A stretch of 64,000 bases of DNA from an uncultured Dehalococcoidales bacterium (GCA_964519615.1 CAZFIM010000001.1:37065-101064); one strand, 5' to 3'. Positions 41,591 to 53,522 are shown, counted from the stretch's first letter. A program made the numbers and translations. The notes: generated by a model not told the origin, from the sequence alone.

Positions 41591-41623
41591 TAAAAAAGGC
41601 CTGCTCTTTTTAAGCAGGCCTTT
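41591..41623 (-). terminator. rho-independent terminator of the ribosomal superoperon
   Basis: AGGCCTGCT-taaaaagag-GCAGGCCT followed by TTTTTT on the minus strand, 20 nt after the rpsI stop. Confidence 0.7.
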
Positions 41624-41643
41624 AATTTTTCCAAAAATAATCT

Positions 41644-42039
41644 TTAGCGCTTGGTGTACTGAGGCGCCTTGCGGGCACGTTTGAGACCGTACTTCTTGCG
41701 CTCTTTTTCACGCGCATCGCGTGTGAGCAGGCCCTCATTGCGCAGAGGGGTCCTGAAGTTCTCATTGTTCAGTACCAGGGCACGGGCGATACCAAGGCGG
41801 ATTGCTCCTGCCTGACCGGTAACACCGCCTCCGATTACTTTTACCTCGGCATTGTATTTGCCAACCGTATCTGTAGCCTTAAAGGGCTTTTCTATCGTTC
41901 GTTGATGCTCCACCCGTGGGAATCTTTGCTGATAGGGTTTCCCATCGATGATAATCTCTCCCGTTCCCTGTGTGAGCTTGACCTGGGCAATAGCGCTTTT
42001 GCGCCTGCCGGTACCTCGATCATAAGTTTGCGCGGACAC
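41644..42039 (-). CDS. rpsI: 30S ribosomal protein S9
   Basis: Conserved uS9 translation with C-terminal ..KRARKAPQYTKR. Confidence 0.95.
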   Translation of the reverse strand: MSAQTYDRGTGRRKSAIAQVKLTQGTGEIIIDGKPYQQRFPRVEHQRTIEKPFKATDTVGKYNAEVKVIGGGVTGQAGAIRLGIARALVLNNENFRTPLRNEGLLTRDAREKERKKYGLKRARKAPQYTKR

Positions 42040-42482
42040 TAGCTTCCACTCCCTTCTGTTTCTTTAGCACTGCCGACCTGAGCCTGATGAGGATGGCTGT
42101 CGCCTGCATATACTTTAAGTTTCTTGATCATAACCCTGCCAACCCTGGTGTGCGGCAGCATTCCTTTTACGGCATGCTCAATAACACGGGTGGGGAAGGT
42201 TTCCATCATCTTGGTATAATTGGCGGCTTTCAATCCTCCCGGATAACCGGAATGACGGTAATACATCTTATCATCGGCTTTTTTGCCGGTCACACGCACC
42301 TTCGATGCGTTGATAACCACGACAAAGTCTCCGGTATCCATTGTGGGCACATAATAGGGCTTATGCTTGCCCATGAGCAGCGTTGCAATCTGAGTGCAAA
42401 GTCTGCCCAGCGTCTTGCCGGAGGCATCTATTACGTGCCACTGGCGCTCTATGTCTTTAGCCTTTGTTGAATAAGTCTTCAT
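42039..42482 (-). CDS. rplM: 50S ribosomal protein L13
   Basis: uL13 translation. Confidence 0.95.
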   Translation of the reverse strand: MKTYSTKAKDIERQWHVIDASGKTLGRLCTQIATLLMGKHKPYYVPTMDTGDFVVVINASKVRVTGKKADDKMYYRHSGYPGGLKAANYTKMMETFPTRVIEHAVKGMLPHTRVGRVMIKKLKVYAGDSHPHQAQVGSAKETEGSGS

Positions 42483-43254
42483 ATTTTAACTCCACATCCT
42501 GGGGATAATTAACCCTGGTTAAATACAATCCGTATGGCGGTGCCGCCGGACCGGCTGTCCCCGGTTTTTTTGCCTCCATGATGGCTCTAAATTCATCGAG
42601 GCTTACTTTTCCCAGCCCTATCCGCACCAGCAGCCCTACCGTATTACGCACCTGGTGAGTAAGAAACGAGCTGGCAGCAATATAAAAGGTAACCATGCTG
42701 TCCTCTCTTTTCACTTCCGCCCGGTATACAGTACGAACCGTGCTTTTCACCATGTCCAGGTCTGACGCAAAGGAGGCCAGGTCATGTTTCCCCTCCAGCG
42801 TCCTGCAGGCCTGATTTATGATCTCTATATTCAATTTAACAGGTACACGATAGCTGAGACCCTCCTTAAGCGGAGAGCGTGTTACGCTATTGTAAATCTT
42901 ATACTCATACTCGCGGCCGGTGGCATCCCTCCTGATGTGAAACTCCTCCCCTATCCGGCAGGCTGCCTTCACCGCAATATCATCCGGTAAATAATGGTTG
43001 AGCGCTTTTAAAAACGTTGCCGCCGGCAATTCCGAGCGGGTCCAGAAACTGGCTACCTGCCCCGCGGCATGTACACCTGTATCTGTCCTGCTGGCCGCCA
43101 TAAAGCGCCTGCGCTCACCGGTAATTTTATGCAGAGCCGTTTCCAGTTCCGCCTGAATAGTGGGCAGCCCATGCTGCCACTGGAAGCCGTAATACCGCCT
43201 TCCATCATATTCAACTACCAGAGCTATTTTCTGTACGTTGTTAAAGAGCTCCAC
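42457..43254 (-). CDS. truA: tRNA pseudouridine(38-40) synthase
   Basis: TruA fold with catalytic Asp motif RTDTGVHA. Confidence 0.9.
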   Translation of the reverse strand: MELFNNVQKIALVVEYDGRRYYGFQWQHGLPTIQAELETALHKITGERRRFMAASRTDTGVHAAGQVASFWTRSELPAATFLKALNHYLPDDIAVKAACRIGEEFHIRRDATGREYEYKIYNSVTRSPLKEGLSYRVPVKLNIEIINQACRTLEGKHDLASFASDLDMVKSTVRTVYRAEVKREDSMVTFYIAASSFLTHQVRNTVGLLVRIGLGKVSLDEFRAIMEAKKPGTAGPAAPPYGLYLTRVNYPQDVELKYEDLFNKG

Positions 43255-43266
43255 CGCCCCGCTCTG

Positions 43267-43620
43267 CTATTCCACCAGTTCGATTTTCACCATCGGTGCG
43301 CCGTCGCCTACCCTGGGGCCCAGTTTAACGATCCTTGTATATCCGCCTGCCCGTTCACGGTACCTGGGAGCGATGGTGGCAAACAGCTTCTCTACGATCT
43401 TTTTTTCCGGAGTAAAAGCCAGAGCGCGTCTGCGTGATGCAAGCGTGCCGTCTTTGGCAAGCGTTACCATCCTCTCCGCCATACCCCGTATCTCTTTTGC
43501 CTTGGCCTCCGTCGTTACGATCGCTTCATGTCTGAACAGGTCAGCAACCAGATTGCGGTATAACATCTTGCGATGCGCACTGGTCCTGCCCAGCTTACGT
43601 CCTGTTATCTGGTGTCTCAT
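43267..43620 (-). CDS. rplQ: 50S ribosomal protein L17
   Basis: bL17 translation. Confidence 0.95.
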   Translation of the reverse strand: MRHQITGRKLGRTSAHRKMLYRNLVADLFRHEAIVTTEAKAKEIRGMAERMVTLAKDGTLASRRRALAFTPEKKIVEKLFATIAPRYRERAGGYTRIVKLGPRVGDGAPMVKIELVE

Positions 43621-44627
43621 TCTTCAGTCTCCCCGGTATCGGCATCCTCATCTTCTTGCCCCTTGGCGCGTTTGCTCTTCTTCGATTGCTTCTTTATCTC
43701 CGGAACAAAGGGAAGGTTAAGGCCGCCCAGAGCCACCTCTACCTCTTCCTGAGATTTAGCACCGAAGCCGGCAAGAGAGGAAAGTCCTTCACTTGTTTTT
43801 TCCAGCAGCATGCCCAGAGTGGTAATGCCGCCCCTACGCAGGCTGTTATACGTATGCGTCGATAGATTTAACTGGTCGAGAGGCATATCGTACTGCTCGG
43901 GAGGAATGAGTCTTTGCCATGCAAGCTCAGAGCCGTCCTCCGTCAATGTCTTCGCTAATTCCCTGAAACAAGAATACTGCTCAATTAATATGGCAGCGCT
44001 CTGGCTGACCGCTTCAGTCGGTGAAAGGGTGTTGTCCGTCCACACTTCCAGAACGAGCCTTTCCTGACCGCTCCCCTCTCCGAACCCGCTGGTCTCTACG
44101 GTACAATTGGCTTTTCGTACCGGCGAGAAAACTGCGTCGATAGGTATAGAACCCACCGGCAATCCATTGCTTGAACCGGCCGGCATATAGCCTCTGCCCA
44201 GTTCCACGTTGAAAGTGACCCTCAGCCGCGCATCACCCGAATCCAGGGTAATGAGGTGGAGATCAGGGTTGATAATCTCAAAATCCGCCGTGGGATTGAT
44301 ATCCGCAGCATTAACATCACCTTCACCGTGTACATCCAGGGTCATCCTGCCTGATCTCTGCGAAAGCGGACGAATCCGCAATTCTTTTACATTAAGCAGA
44401 AACTCCAGAGTATCTTCCTTGGCATGCGGAATGGAAGAGAACTCGTGGAAAATATCCTCGATCTCCACACAGGTAACGGCAGCGCCTACCAGCGAACCCA
44501 GCAGTACCCTGCGTAATCCGTTGCCAAGCGTAATGCCAAAACCCCGCTCCAGCGGTTCTGCTATAAAGCGGCCATAGTTCTGCGTACTCTCAACACACTC
44601 TACCTTTGGTAATAATAATCCAGCCAA
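43617..44627 (-). CDS. rpoA: DNA-directed RNA polymerase alpha subunit
   Basis: RpoA NTD and CTD; 336 aa. Confidence 0.95.
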   Translation of the reverse strand: MAGLLLPKVECVESTQNYGRFIAEPLERGFGITLGNGLRRVLLGSLVGAAVTCVEIEDIFHEFSSIPHAKEDTLEFLLNVKELRIRPLSQRSGRMTLDVHGEGDVNAADINPTADFEIINPDLHLITLDSGDARLRVTFNVELGRGYMPAGSSNGLPVGSIPIDAVFSPVRKANCTVETSGFGEGSGQERLVLEVWTDNTLSPTEAVSQSAAILIEQYSCFRELAKTLTEDGSELAWQRLIPPEQYDMPLDQLNLSTHTYNSLRRGGITTLGMLLEKTSEGLSSLAGFGAKSQEEVEVALGGLNLPFVPEIKKQSKKSKRAKGQEDEDADTGETEE

Positions 44628-44635
44628 AACCTACC

Positions 44636-45268
44636 TCACCTAGAATAGTACTCAACAATCGCTTTACCATTGAATTTAACCTCCACATCATCCCTCACCG
44701 GTAAAGCACGAACTCGACCTATCATTTTATCAGTTTCAAGTTCCAGCCATCCTGGAACCACTCTATCTCCGATGGTCTCCACCATGATCTTGTAATACTC
44801 CGTTTTGGCAGAGCCCGGGCGCCAGCTTATCTCGTCACCCACCTTAACCAGGCAGGAAGGGATATCGGTTTTGCGGCCGTTCAATAAGATATGGCCGTGT
44901 CTTACCAGCTGCCTTGCCTGTGCCCGCGAGTCTGCAAATCCCAGACGGAAGGCAACGTTGTCAAGACGCCGTTCCAGCAATATTACCAGATTATCGCCCG
45001 TAATACCGGGTAGCCGCTCAGCCTCACCGAAGGACTTGCGGAACTGCCTTTCGAAAACTCCGTAAATGAACTTGGCCTTCTGTTTCTCCTCCAGCTGTAT
45101 ACCACGGTCAGACTTCTTTGCGCGGCGTTTTCCCACACCGTGCTGACCCGGGTGAGTAGCTTTACGCTCCATCGCGCATTTGGAGCTGAAACAGCGGTCC
45201 CCCTTAAGCATTAATTTATCGCCGACTCTGCGGCAAAGGCGACATCTAGGATCTGTATATCGTGCCAT
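44636..45268 (-). CDS. rpsD: 30S ribosomal protein S4
   Basis: MARYTDPRCRLCRR.. with GGAGAAGG RBS. ATG at 45268, 2 nt after the rpsK stop. Confidence 0.9.
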   Translation of the reverse strand: MARYTDPRCRLCRRVGDKLMLKGDRCFSSKCAMERKATHPGQHGVGKRRAKKSDRGIQLEEKQKAKFIYGVFERQFRKSFGEAERLPGITGDNLVILLERRLDNVAFRLGFADSRAQARQLVRHGHILLNGRKTDIPSCLVKVGDEISWRPGSAKTEYYKIMVETIGDRVVPGWLELETDKMIGRVRALPVRDDVEVKFNGKAIVEYYSR

Positions 45269-45270
45269 TT

Positions 45271-45663
45271 CTACACCCTTCTCCTTTTCCGTGCCCTGCA
45301 ACCATTATGCGGTATAGGAGTAACATCATTTATGCTCACAACATTGATCCCGGCTGCCTGAAGCGCCCTGATCGCAGCCTCCCGGCCGCTTCCCGGACCT
45401 TTAACAAAGACCTCAACCTGCCTCAGCCCGTGTTCCTTCGCCTTGGCCGCAGCACCCTGTGCTGCCAGCTGCGCCGCATATGGCGTACCTTTTCTGGACC
45501 CCTTGAATCCCGCTGTTCCGGGGCTGCCCCAGGAAATAACGTTCCCTTTGAGGTCCGTAATCGTAATCACAGTATTATTAAAAGTGGATTGTATGAAGAC
45601 TTTCCCCTCGGGAATAGCCTTACGTTCCCTTCTTCTTACTCTCGTTCTCTTCTTTTGAGGCAT
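45271..45663 (-). CDS. rpsK: 30S ribosomal protein S11
   Basis: uS11 translation. Confidence 0.95.
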   Translation of the reverse strand: MPQKKRTRVRRRERKAIPEGKVFIQSTFNNTVITITDLKGNVISWGSPGTAGFKGSRKGTPYAAQLAAQGAAAKAKEHGLRQVEVFVKGPGSGREAAIRALQAAGINVVSINDVTPIPHNGCRARKRRRV

Positions 45664-45678
45664 AGCTGCTGCACTCCT

Positions 45679-46065
45679 TTATTTCTTCATACCGCGGCGC
45701 TGACCACGTCCGGCTACTGTTCTGCGTAATCCACGCCTGGTACGTGCGTTGGTCCTGGTCCGCTGCCCGTTCGCCGGCAAATTGCGGCGATGCCTGAGCC
45801 CGCGGTAGCTGCCGATCTCTATCAGACGCTTGATGCTCATGTTCACTTCTTTACGAAGCTCACCCTCAACCGTGTATTCCTTGTCGATAACCTCACGGAT
45901 ACGGCTGATTTCACCTTCAGTGAGGTCCTTTACTTTGGTATCAGGGTTTACATTGCTTACCGCCAGAATACGGCTGCTTACTGTCGGACCTATGCCGTAA
46001 ATATATTGCAGGGATACAACAACTTTTTTATCCCTGGGTATATCAACACCAACTATACGAGCCAT
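45679..46065 (-). CDS. rpsM: 30S ribosomal protein S13
   Basis: uS13 translation. Confidence 0.95.
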   Translation of the reverse strand: MARIVGVDIPRDKKVVVSLQYIYGIGPTVSSRILAVSNVNPDTKVKDLTEGEISRIREVIDKEYTVEGELRKEVNMSIKRLIEIGSYRGLRHRRNLPANGQRTRTNARTRRGLRRTVAGRGQRRGMKK

Positions 46066-46084
46066 AGTCTACCTGCTCCTCTCA

Positions 46085-46198
46085 TTAGCCCTGGCGCTGT
46101 TTGTGCTTGGGATTATCGCAAATAACGCGCACAACCCCCCGCCGCCTTATTATTTTACATTTTTCACATCTACGTTTTACTGATGCTCGAACTTTCAT
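46085..46198 (-). CDS. rpmJ: 50S ribosomal protein L36 (zinc-ribbon type)
   Basis: Hand-translated: [37 protein letters not shown] (37 aa; C-x2-C-x12-C-x4-H). It is below the ORF-track length cutoff. Confidence 0.9.
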   Translation of the reverse strand: MKVRASVKRRCEKCKIIRRRGVVRVICDNPKHKQRQG

Positions 46199-46272
46199 AA
46201 CTCTCTACCTGTTCTAACTCAAAAATGCTAATGATAAACCTTTATTCCTGCACTGTCAATAAATATATACTT

Positions 46273-46491
46273 TTATTTCAGCCTGTAGGTAATTCTACCA
46301 CGACTGAGGTCATAGGGAGAAAGCTCTACCAGCACCTTGTCCTCCGGCAGAATCCTGATATAATGCCTTCGCATTTTACCGGATATATGAGCCAGCACCT
46401 TGTGCTCATTCGGCAACTCTACTAAAAAAGTTGCATTCGGCAAACATTCTACTACTTTCCCTTCGACCTCTATCGCTTCTTTCTTCATCAA
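46273..46491 (-). CDS. infA: translation initiation factor IF-1
   Basis: S1-like IF-1 translation (..[18 protein letters not shown]..). Confidence 0.95.
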   Translation of the reverse strand: MMKKEAIEVEGKVVECLPNATFLVELPNEHKVLAHISGKMRRHYIRILPEDKVLVELSPYDLSRGRITYRLK

Positions 46492-46502
46492 ACCCTTCTT
46501 AC

Positions 46503-47249
46503 CTATAACCGGGTAAGTATCTCCGGTTCATCGTTCATTATAGCGATGGTGTGCTCAAAATGAGCTGAAAGGCTTCCGTCAGCCGTCCTTACGGTCCACT
46601 TATTACTATCGACCTTCGTGGGCCAACCGCCTTCATTTACCATCGGCTCAATGGCTATGGTCATGCCATTTTTCAATACCAGCCCCGTACCCCTACTCCC
46701 AAAGTTCGGTACCTGCGGGTCCTCATGCAAATCCCTGCCGATGCCGTGTCCGCAGTATTCCCTTACCACAGAAAAACCGCTGGACTCAACATATTCCTGT
46801 ACGGCAGCCGAAATATCACCCAGATTGCCCCCCTGACGCGCAGCTCCAACTCCCTTCATAAGGGAATCTTCTGTTACTTTAATCAGCCTCTGCGCTAAAG
46901 GGCTGATATCCCCTACTCCCACGGTGATTGCTGAATCACCATGGTAGCCTTCCAGGTATGCCCCGAAATCAAGCGATACGATATCCCCCTCATTCAATAC
47001 TCTGTTACCCGGTATGCCGTGAACTATCTCATCGTTCACTGAAACACATAAACTCGCCGGATAACCCATATACCCTTTGAAAGAAGCCTGCGCCCCCAGT
47101 TTTTTCAGCTCCCGCTCTGCGACTTTATCGAGGTAGCGGGTTTTAACTCCCGGCTTCACCTCTTCCCTTAATTTCTCCAGAACTGTCGCTACTATTTTGC
47201 CTGCCCTCCTCATAACCTCAACCTCTTCAGCAGACTTCAGAATCGTCAT
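46503..47249 (-). CDS. map: methionine aminopeptidase type I
   Basis: MetAP metal ligands D..D..H..E..E, 248 aa. Confidence 0.9.
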   Translation of the reverse strand: MTILKSAEEVEVMRRAGKIVATVLEKLREEVKPGVKTRYLDKVAERELKKLGAQASFKGYMGYPASLCVSVNDEIVHGIPGNRVLNEGDIVSLDFGAYLEGYHGDSAITVGVGDISPLAQRLIKVTEDSLMKGVGAARQGGNLGDISAAVQEYVESSGFSVVREYCGHGIGRDLHEDPQVPNFGSRGTGLVLKNGMTIAIEPMVNEGGWPTKVDSNKWTVRTADGSLSAHFEHTIAIMNDEPEILTRL

Positions 47250-47261
47250 ATATCCTTCCTG

Positions 47262-47909
47262 CTACTTCCCCAGCGCTTTTATTATGCCTTCCGTAACCGC
47301 TTTTATCTCCAGTGTACCATCCACCGAGAGCAGTTTGCCAGCCTTTTTATAGTAATCCAAAAGCGGTGTGGTCTGAGAGAAATATACTTTCAATCTCTCT
47401 AGTATCGTTTTCTCATTATCATCAGCACGCTGATAGAGCTCTCCGCCGCATTTATCGCACTTTCCGGCAACTTTTGGCGGTGACGCTATCTCGTGGTAGA
47501 CAGCCTGACACTGCTTGCATGTCCAGCGGCCTCCCAGCCTCTTTAACAGATTTTCTTCAGGCACCTCTATGTAGACCGCTTTATCGATGCTCTTCTTTTG
47601 CCCGGACATCATTTTATCCAGTGCCGCAGCCTGATCAAGCGTCCGTGGAAAACCATCGAATATAACGCCGCCGGCGCAATCAGACTGCGCCAGTCTTTCC
47701 GCGAGCATTTTAATGGTCACCTCATCAGGCACCAGCTCTCCTTTTTCCATGTATGTTTTAGCCAGTTTCCCCAGTTCTGTCCCCTTTTTCACCGCTTCTC
47801 TGAAAAGATCGCCCGTAGCAATATGCGTCAATTTCAACCGCTCTGCAACTATTGCTGCCTGCGTTCCTTTTCCTGCACCGGGTGCTCCGAGAAACACTAA
47901 AAACATCAC
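47262..47909 (-). CDS. adk: adenylate kinase (Zn-lid Cys4 type)
   Basis: GAPGAGKGTQA P-loop. Lid CKQC..CDKC. Confidence 0.9.
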   Translation of the reverse strand: MMFLVFLGAPGAGKGTQAAIVAERLKLTHIATGDLFREAVKKGTELGKLAKTYMEKGELVPDEVTIKMLAERLAQSDCAGGVIFDGFPRTLDQAAALDKMMSGQKKSIDKAVYIEVPEENLLKRLGGRWTCKQCQAVYHEIASPPKVAGKCDKCGGELYQRADDNEKTILERLKVYFSQTTPLLDYYKKAGKLLSVDGTLEIKAVTEGIIKALGK

Positions 47910-47918
47910 TAGTACCCC

Positions 47919-49235
47919 TTATTTAAGAAATCCTTCATATCTGCGCATGGTGAGCTGTGCCTCTATCTGCTTCATAGTATCAAGCGCAACACCGACCATA
48001 ATCAGCATTCCCGTGCTTGACAGAGTCAGCACCGCCACATCCGTTATCTCCCTGACGATGAAAGGCATAATCGCGATCAACGCCAGGTAGAGAGCGCCTC
48101 CCCAGGTAATACGGCTGATTACTCTGTTCAGATAATTGATAGTAGGTTTGCCGGGCCTGACCCCCGGGATGAACCCTCCCTGCCTCTGCAGCGTTTGGGC
48201 CAGATTCATCTGCTCGAATATTACCATAGTATAGAAGAAGGCAAATCCCACTGTCATAAGAAAATACACTACCCAGTAAAACAGCCCTATAGGTAAAGCC
48301 GTATCAGGGCTAAACCATTTGACAAGAGTATTGGCGAAATTGGGGTCCGCCGTTGCCGGAGCCGCAAAATAGCTGGCGATGGTGCTGGGGAATAACATCA
48401 GCGACATAGCAAAGATGAGCGGGATCATACCTGCGGTGTTAACTCTCAGCGGGATATGAGTGGACCCGCTCTGACGGTACATGCGAGCGCCGCGGAAAGC
48501 GGTCTTGGCATACTGTACAGGTATACGACGATGCGCCTCAGTAAATATCACGATAATGACTATCAGGATCAGGGCCAGAACGATATAAACCGCCAACCCC
48601 ATAAAATTAGATCCGGCCAAAAGGCCCCTTCCGATGGTCTGCGGCAAACCTGCTACAATGCCGCCAAATATTATTATAGATACGCCGTTGCCGATGCCTC
48701 TCTCAGTGATAAGCTCACCCAGCCACACCAGGAACATGGTTCCTGCTACCAGTGAAACGATAATGGCAGCCGTCCCCAGAGTGGTTGCCTCACTAATACC
48801 TCCCTGGCTGCGCAACAGCGCCAGCTGTGCATATCCCTGCAGAGCTGCCAGCGGTACGGTAAGCCAGTGCGTCATTTGGTTGATGCGGTGTCGGCCGGAC
48901 TCGCCTTCCATGGAAAGATTACGCAGCTGCGGAATAACAGGCACCAGCAACTGCATGATAATGGATGAGGTAATATAGGGATACACACCCATTGCCGCCA
49001 CACTGAAGTTCCTCATGGCGCCGCCGCTGAACATATCGAGCATGCCCAGCAGTTGGTTCTTATCAAAAATCTCACGCAGCGCAGCGAGGTCGACACCCGG
49101 TAGAGGCACATGTGCAATAAAACGGAAGATAACCAGCATAACCAGCGTAAAAATGAGCCTCCGTCGCAAGTCCGGAAGCGAAAACGCGTCTATGAGAGCC
49201 TGTATCAGCCGCGGCCGCGAATCCCTCTGGCGCAT
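47919..49235 (-). CDS. secY: preprotein translocase subunit SecY
   Basis: 10-TM SecY translation. Confidence 0.95.
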   Translation of the reverse strand: MRQRDSRPRLIQALIDAFSLPDLRRRLIFTLVMLVIFRFIAHVPLPGVDLAALREIFDKNQLLGMLDMFSGGAMRNFSVAAMGVYPYITSSIIMQLLVPVIPQLRNLSMEGESGRHRINQMTHWLTVPLAALQGYAQLALLRSQGGISEATTLGTAAIIVSLVAGTMFLVWLGELITERGIGNGVSIIIFGGIVAGLPQTIGRGLLAGSNFMGLAVYIVLALILIVIIVIFTEAHRRIPVQYAKTAFRGARMYRQSGSTHIPLRVNTAGMIPLIFAMSLMLFPSTIASYFAAPATADPNFANTLVKWFSPDTALPIGLFYWVVYFLMTVGFAFFYTMVIFEQMNLAQTLQRQGGFIPGVRPGKPTINYLNRVISRITWGGALYLALIAIMPFIVREITDVAVLTLSSTGMLIMVGVALDTMKQIEAQLTMRRYEGFLK

Positions 49236-49679
49236 CTATATACCCTCGGTTCTGCCGCCTGCGGCAGTGATCTTGCTTGCAGCGGACACAGAAAATTTGG
49301 CAGCCTTGACTACCAGAGGTTTGTCTATCTCGCCGCCGCCCAGTATTTTTACCGGGCGTTTGAGCGTTTTAATAATGCCCGCCTCATAGAGCGTCTGAGG
49401 CGTTACTTCCTCGTTAGCGGCAAAACAGTTGAGCGAACCGATATTAACGGTGCTGAACTCTTCTTTAAATATGTTGGTAAAACCCCGTACACGCGGCAAA
49501 CGTTTGATCAGCGCAAGCTGACCGCCTTCAAAGCCCAGGCGAACTCCACCCCCGGCCCGGGACTTCTGTCCTTTACAGCCTCTTCCTGAATACGTTCCCC
49601 GGCCGCTTCCGTCACCACGTCCGACCCGTTTTTTACTATGTTTTGCCCCTGCAGGAGGCTTTAATTCATGCTGTTCCAT
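49236..49679 (-). CDS. rplO: 50S ribosomal protein L15
   Basis: uL15 translation. Confidence 0.95.
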   Translation of the reverse strand: MEQHELKPPAGAKHSKKRVGRGDGSGRGTYSGRGCKGQKSRAGGGVRLGFEGGQLALIKRLPRVRGFTNIFKEEFSTVNIGSLNCFAANEEVTPQTLYEAGIIKTLKRPVKILGGGEIDKPLVVKAAKFSVSAASKITAAGGRTEGI

Positions 49680-49860
49680 CGTTCACTTCTTCCGTTATCA
49701 CCAGATGTTTTACTTTATCAATCATACCCAGGACACTGGGCGTATCTTCCTTCTCGATCTCCTGATAGAGACGGTGAAATCCGAGAGCCTTTAATGTCCG
49801 GCGCTGATCAGCCGAGTAGCCGATAGCGCTCTTTGTCCACTTAATCCTCAACTTTGCCAT
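49666..49860 (-). CDS. rpmD: 50S ribosomal protein L30
   Basis: uL30 translation. Confidence 0.9.
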   Translation of the reverse strand: MAKLRIKWTKSAIGYSADQRRTLKALGFHRLYQEIEKEDTPSVLGMIDKVKHLVITEEVNDGTA

Positions 49861-50398
49861 CAGACTCGATAGCCTCCTCGATGATATCTACTTTGCGCTT
49901 AGCTACTGCTTCTTTTGGATCACGCAGGGACTGCAATGCCAGCAGGGTTGCCTTTACCACATTCATTGAACTATTGCTCCCCAGAGACTTGGTGAGCACA
50001 TCTTTTATTCCTGCAACCTCCAGCACAGCACGTACGCCTCCGGCAGCGATAACACCGGTACCGGCCAGCGCCGGTCTGAGCAGTACTTTTGCAGCACCGA
50101 ACTTGGCAAATACATCATGCGGAATAGTACTATCCGCCATCCTTATTTCAATCAAATTTTTGCGCGCAACGCTTCCGGCTTTGCGGATCGCCTCGGGGAC
50201 TTCCTTGGACTTTCCCAGCCCCACTCCAACATGGCCGTTGCCGTCACCCACTACTACCAGTGCCCTGAAATGGAGATTCTTTCCCCCCTTGACCACTTTG
50301 GTAACCCGGTTCAGCGAGACAAGCTTCTCACTCAGTTCCAGCTCGCCGGCGTCAATTTTTTTTCTGGTTGCGTATATTTTGGTAATCGGTTTCTTCAT
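49841..50398 (-). CDS. rpsE: 30S ribosomal protein S5
   Basis: uS5 translation. Confidence 0.95.
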   Translation of the reverse strand: MKKPITKIYATRKKIDAGELELSEKLVSLNRVTKVVKGGKNLHFRALVVVGDGNGHVGVGLGKSKEVPEAIRKAGSVARKNLIEIRMADSTIPHDVFAKFGAAKVLLRPALAGTGVIAAGGVRAVLEVAGIKDVLTKSLGSNSSMNVVKATLLALQSLRDPKEAVAKRKVDIIEEAIESDGKVED

Positions 50399-50407
50399 AG
50401 AACACCT

Positions 50408-50773
50408 TTAAAATTCTAGTCCTTCTTTTCGGGCAGCCTCTGCAAGCGCTTTTACTCTGCCGTGATATTGATAACCACCACGGTCAAAGATCACTTTCTT
50501 TATACCGTTACCTGTAGCACGTTGTGCTACAAGCGTACCGACTATTCCTGCAGTTTCAACCTTGCTTTTGCCTTCAATCTTACCCTGTACGTCCTTCTCC
50601 AGGTTGCTTGCACAGGCCACCGTGTGACCGGCACTGTCATCGATAACCTGGGCATAGATATTCTTGATGCTGCGGAATACGCACAGCCTCGGTCTCTCAG
50701 TCGTGCCGCAAACTTTATTTCTTACTCTGGCGTGTCTTCGTGTACGCGCCAATCGCGCATCTGCCTTTGACAT
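50408..50773 (-). CDS. rplR: 50S ribosomal protein L18
   Basis: uL18 translation. Confidence 0.95.
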   Translation of the reverse strand: MSKADARLARTRRHARVRNKVCGTTERPRLCVFRSIKNIYAQVIDDSAGHTVACASNLEKDVQGKIEGKSKVETAGIVGTLVAQRATGNGIKKVIFDRGGYQYHGRVKALAEAARKEGLEF

Positions 50774-50779
50774 CTTCCT

Positions 50780-51331
50780 CTATTTCCTCATTGCAGTTTT
50801 ACCGGCTTTGCCCGGTTTAATTCGAACTCTCTCACCCTGGTATCGTATGCCTTTTCCTTTGTATGTCTCAGCCGGGCGAATCCTTCTGATTCTGGCCGCT
50901 GTTTCTCCTACAAGTTCCTTATTGATACCGACAACCTTAATACGGTTGTTGCCCTCTACTAAAAGCTCGATACCTTCGGGCGATTCTATCTCAACTGGAT
51001 GGCAAAAACCGATCTGTAGCGTTATGCCTTTATCGGTCTTCTGCGCCCTGTAGCCGACACCGTAAATTTCCAGCATCTTCTCGAACCCTTTGCTCACTCC
51101 TTCGACCATATTGGCAAGCAGGGTACGCGTCAAGCCGTGAAGAGAGCGGTGTTCCCGCTCGTCAGTAGGCCTGCTGACCAGTATCTTTTCACCTTCCTGT
51201 ACTACAGTAATATCAGGAGGTAAATCTCGCGAAAGCTTTCCCTTAGTACCTTCTACGGTTACATTATTGTCTTTCTGTGTTATCTTCACACCGGACGGGA
51301 CCGGTATCGGCATCAAACCTATTCGTGACAC
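50780..51331 (-). CDS. rplF: 50S ribosomal protein L6
   Basis: uL6 translation. Confidence 0.95.
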   Translation of the reverse strand: MSRIGLMPIPVPSGVKITQKDNNVTVEGTKGKLSRDLPPDITVVQEGEKILVSRPTDEREHRSLHGLTRTLLANMVEGVSKGFEKMLEIYGVGYRAQKTDKGITLQIGFCHPVEIESPEGIELLVEGNNRIKVVGINKELVGETAARIRRIRPAETYKGKGIRYQGERVRIKPGKAGKTAMRK

Positions 51332-51355
51332 TTGCTCAATATCTCCTCGTTTACT

Positions 51356-51748
51356 CTACCAGACATAGCATAACAGCTCGCCGCCCATATTCCCTTTCCA
51401 CGCATTATGCCCAACCATGATTCCTTTGGGCGTCGAAACTATGGCAACACCGAGTCCGCCGTAGACACGCGGTATCTCGTTGTGCTTTACATATACACGC
51501 AGGCCCGGCTTGCTCACGCGTTCCAGCCCCGTTATTGCCGGTACGTTATCCGTATATTTCAACGTTATCTTGATGACTTTCTCCGGCTTACCCTTAACGA
51601 TGGTAAAATCCGTAATAAAGCCTTCCTCTTTTATTATTTTGGCAATAGCAAGCTTGGTATTGGAAAGGGGTACCAGCACACTATCATGCCGTGCAAGCAC
51701 TGCATTTCTTATTCTCGTTAACATATCTGCTATCGGATCTGTTACCAT
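51356..51748 (-). CDS. rpsH: 30S ribosomal protein S8
   Basis: uS8 translation. Confidence 0.95.
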   Translation of the reverse strand: MVTDPIADMLTRIRNAVLARHDSVLVPLSNTKLAIAKIIKEEGFITDFTIVKGKPEKVIKITLKYTDNVPAITGLERVSKPGLRVYVKHNEIPRVYGGLGVAIVSTPKGIMVGHNAWKGNMGGELLCYVW

Positions 51749-51774
51749 CAGCTATTTCTCCACACTGCTTTCGA

Positions 51775-51960
51775 TTACCAACTTGACTTCCTCACCCCAG
51801 GGATTTGGCCGAGTAAAGCAAGCTGTCTAAAACAAATACGGCAAAGGCCGAATTTCCTGATGTAAGCACGCGATCTTCCGCATCGTTTACACCGGTTATG
51901 CTGTTGAACCTTATATTTCGGTGTCCTTTGCGACTTCATTATTTTCGATAATTTTGCCAT
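51775..51960 (-). CDS. rpsN: 30S ribosomal protein S14 type Z (zinc-binding, 61 aa)
   Basis: C-x2-C..C-x2-C short-form uS14. Confidence 0.95.
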   Translation of the reverse strand: MAKLSKIMKSQRTPKYKVQQHNRCKRCGRSRAYIRKFGLCRICFRQLALLGQIPGVRKSSW

Positions 51961-51976
51961 GTACTACTCCAAGCGG

Positions 51977-52519
51977 TTAACTTTTTGCAAAGGGCATACC
52001 CAGGGATCTCAGTAATTCCCTGCCTTCCTCATCATTTCTGGCAGTTGTCACGATGACAATCTCCAGGCCGCGCAATTTATCCACTTTGTCATAATCGATC
52101 TCGGGGAATACTACCTGCTCCTTCATGCCCAGCGCGTAATTACCCTGACCGTCAAACGACTCCCGAGGCACTCCCTGAAAGTCTCTGATACGGGGCAAGA
52201 CAACGCTGACCAGCTTGTCATAAAAGTCATACATCCGCTTACCGCGCAAAGTCACCATCATTCCGATGGGCACTCCCGCCCGCAATTTAAAAGCGGCAAC
52301 AGACCTTTTTGCCCTCGTTATTACCGGTTTCTGCCCGGCTATAGCGGTCAGGTCTTTTTCAGCAGCTTCCATTGCCTTGGGATTCTGTATCGATTCCCCC
52401 ATACCTATATTGAGCACGATCTTGCTCAATTTCGGTACCTGCATAACATTCTCATATCCGAACTTTTTCATGAGCTCGGAAACGGTTTCCTTTTGATGTT
52501 TTTCTTTAATACGGGACAT
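51977..52519 (-). CDS. rplE: 50S ribosomal protein L5
   Basis: uL5 translation. Confidence 0.95.
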   Translation of the reverse strand: MSRIKEKHQKETVSELMKKFGYENVMQVPKLSKIVLNIGMGESIQNPKAMEAAEKDLTAIAGQKPVITRAKRSVAAFKLRAGVPIGMMVTLRGKRMYDFYDKLVSVVLPRIRDFQGVPRESFDGQGNYALGMKEQVVFPEIDYDKVDKLRGLEIVIVTTARNDEEGRELLRSLGMPFAKS

Positions 52520-52536
52520 CTTCCACTAATCCTTCA

Positions 52537-52845
52537 CTAATCGATGATCTCTTTACATGACCGGCATACCCGTACACGTTTACCATCTTCCATTCTGCGA
52601 TATCCGACTCGCACCGGTTTATCACATTTATTGCAGATAATCATGACGTTCGATACGTTCAGCGGCCCTTCCATCTCGATAATCCCGGCCTGCCGTGCCT
52701 GTCCGCTTGTACGGGAGTGGCGTTTAATCATATTCAGACCGTCAACCAGAATCGTTCCCTTCGTAGGAAGCGACTTACGGACGCGGCCTCTTTTCCCGCG
52801 GTCTTTACCGGCGATTATCAGTACTGTATCATTTTTCTTAATCTT
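52537..52845 (-). CDS. rplX: 50S ribosomal protein L24
   Basis: Start MKIKKND at 52845 with AGAGG RBS. The track ORF has a spurious 5' extension. Confidence 0.9.
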   Translation of the reverse strand, partial: KIKKNDTVLIIAGKDRGKRGRVRKSLPTKGTILVDGLNMIKRHSRTSGQARQAGIIEMEGPLNVSNVMIICNKCDKPVRVGYRRMEDGKRVRVCRSCKEIID

Positions 52846-52849
52846 CATC

Positions 52850-53218
52850 TTATAGAACCTCTGGAGCGAGCGATACAATCTTCATGAAATTCTTATCTCG
52901 CAGCTCTCTACCCACCGGGCCGAAAATGCGTGTTCCCCTGGGGTTTTCTTTTTCATCTAAAATTACAGCGGCATTCTCATCAAATTTAACAAAGGAGCCG
53001 TCTTTGCGGTGATATTGCCGTGCAACACGTACGATAACAGCCTTGGTGACATCACCCTTTTTTACCATGCCGCCGGGTATGGCACGTTTTACCGTGACCA
53101 CAATAATATCTCCTATACTGGCATAGCGGCGTCTGCTGCCGCCAAGAACCTTGATGCACAGAACCTGGCGCGCTCCTGTATTGTCAGCAACTCGTAATCT
53201 GGTCTCGGCCTGTATCAT
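52850..53218 (-). CDS. rplN: 50S ribosomal protein L14
   Basis: uL14 translation. Confidence 0.95.
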   Translation of the reverse strand: MIQAETRLRVADNTGARQVLCIKVLGGSRRRYASIGDIIVVTVKRAIPGGMVKKGDVTKAVIVRVARQYHRKDGSFVKFDENAAVILDEKENPRGTRIFGPVGRELRDKNFMKIVSLAPEVL

Positions 53219-53221
53219 TGC

Positions 53222-53521
53222 TTACTCACTCTCACTCACCTCTCCGATCTCCGCCGGCTGAATCTCCGCCCTTTCTTTCTTCTGCAGAATCTCTACAATA
53301 CGCCAGCGTTTATCTTTCGAGAGAGGACGCGTCTCCATTATTTTAACGGTATCACCGATATGACTTTCATTCTGCTCATCATGAGCTTTGAAATTGGCCC
53401 GATGACGGACTACTTTTTTATAAAGCGGATGCTGTCTGGTGATCTCCACCTGTACAATCCGCGTTTTGTCCATCTTGTCGCTGATTACCGTACCATTGCG
53501 AACTTTTCGTATTTTCTCCAT
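53222..53521 (-). CDS. rpsQ: 30S ribosomal protein S17
   Basis: uS17 translation. Confidence 0.95.
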   Translation of the reverse strand: MEKIRKVRNGTVISDKMDKTRIVQVEITRQHPLYKKVVRHRANFKAHDEQNESHIGDTVKIMETRPLSKDKRWRIVEILQKKERAEIQPAEIGEVSESE

Positions 53522-53522
53522 A

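Noticed and set aside
49854-51053. Plus-strand ORFs of 185, 100, 102 and 129 aa across rpsE, rplR and rplF
   Set aside because: They are antisense to conserved ribosomal protein genes and give Ser/Thr/Pro-rich nonsense translations.
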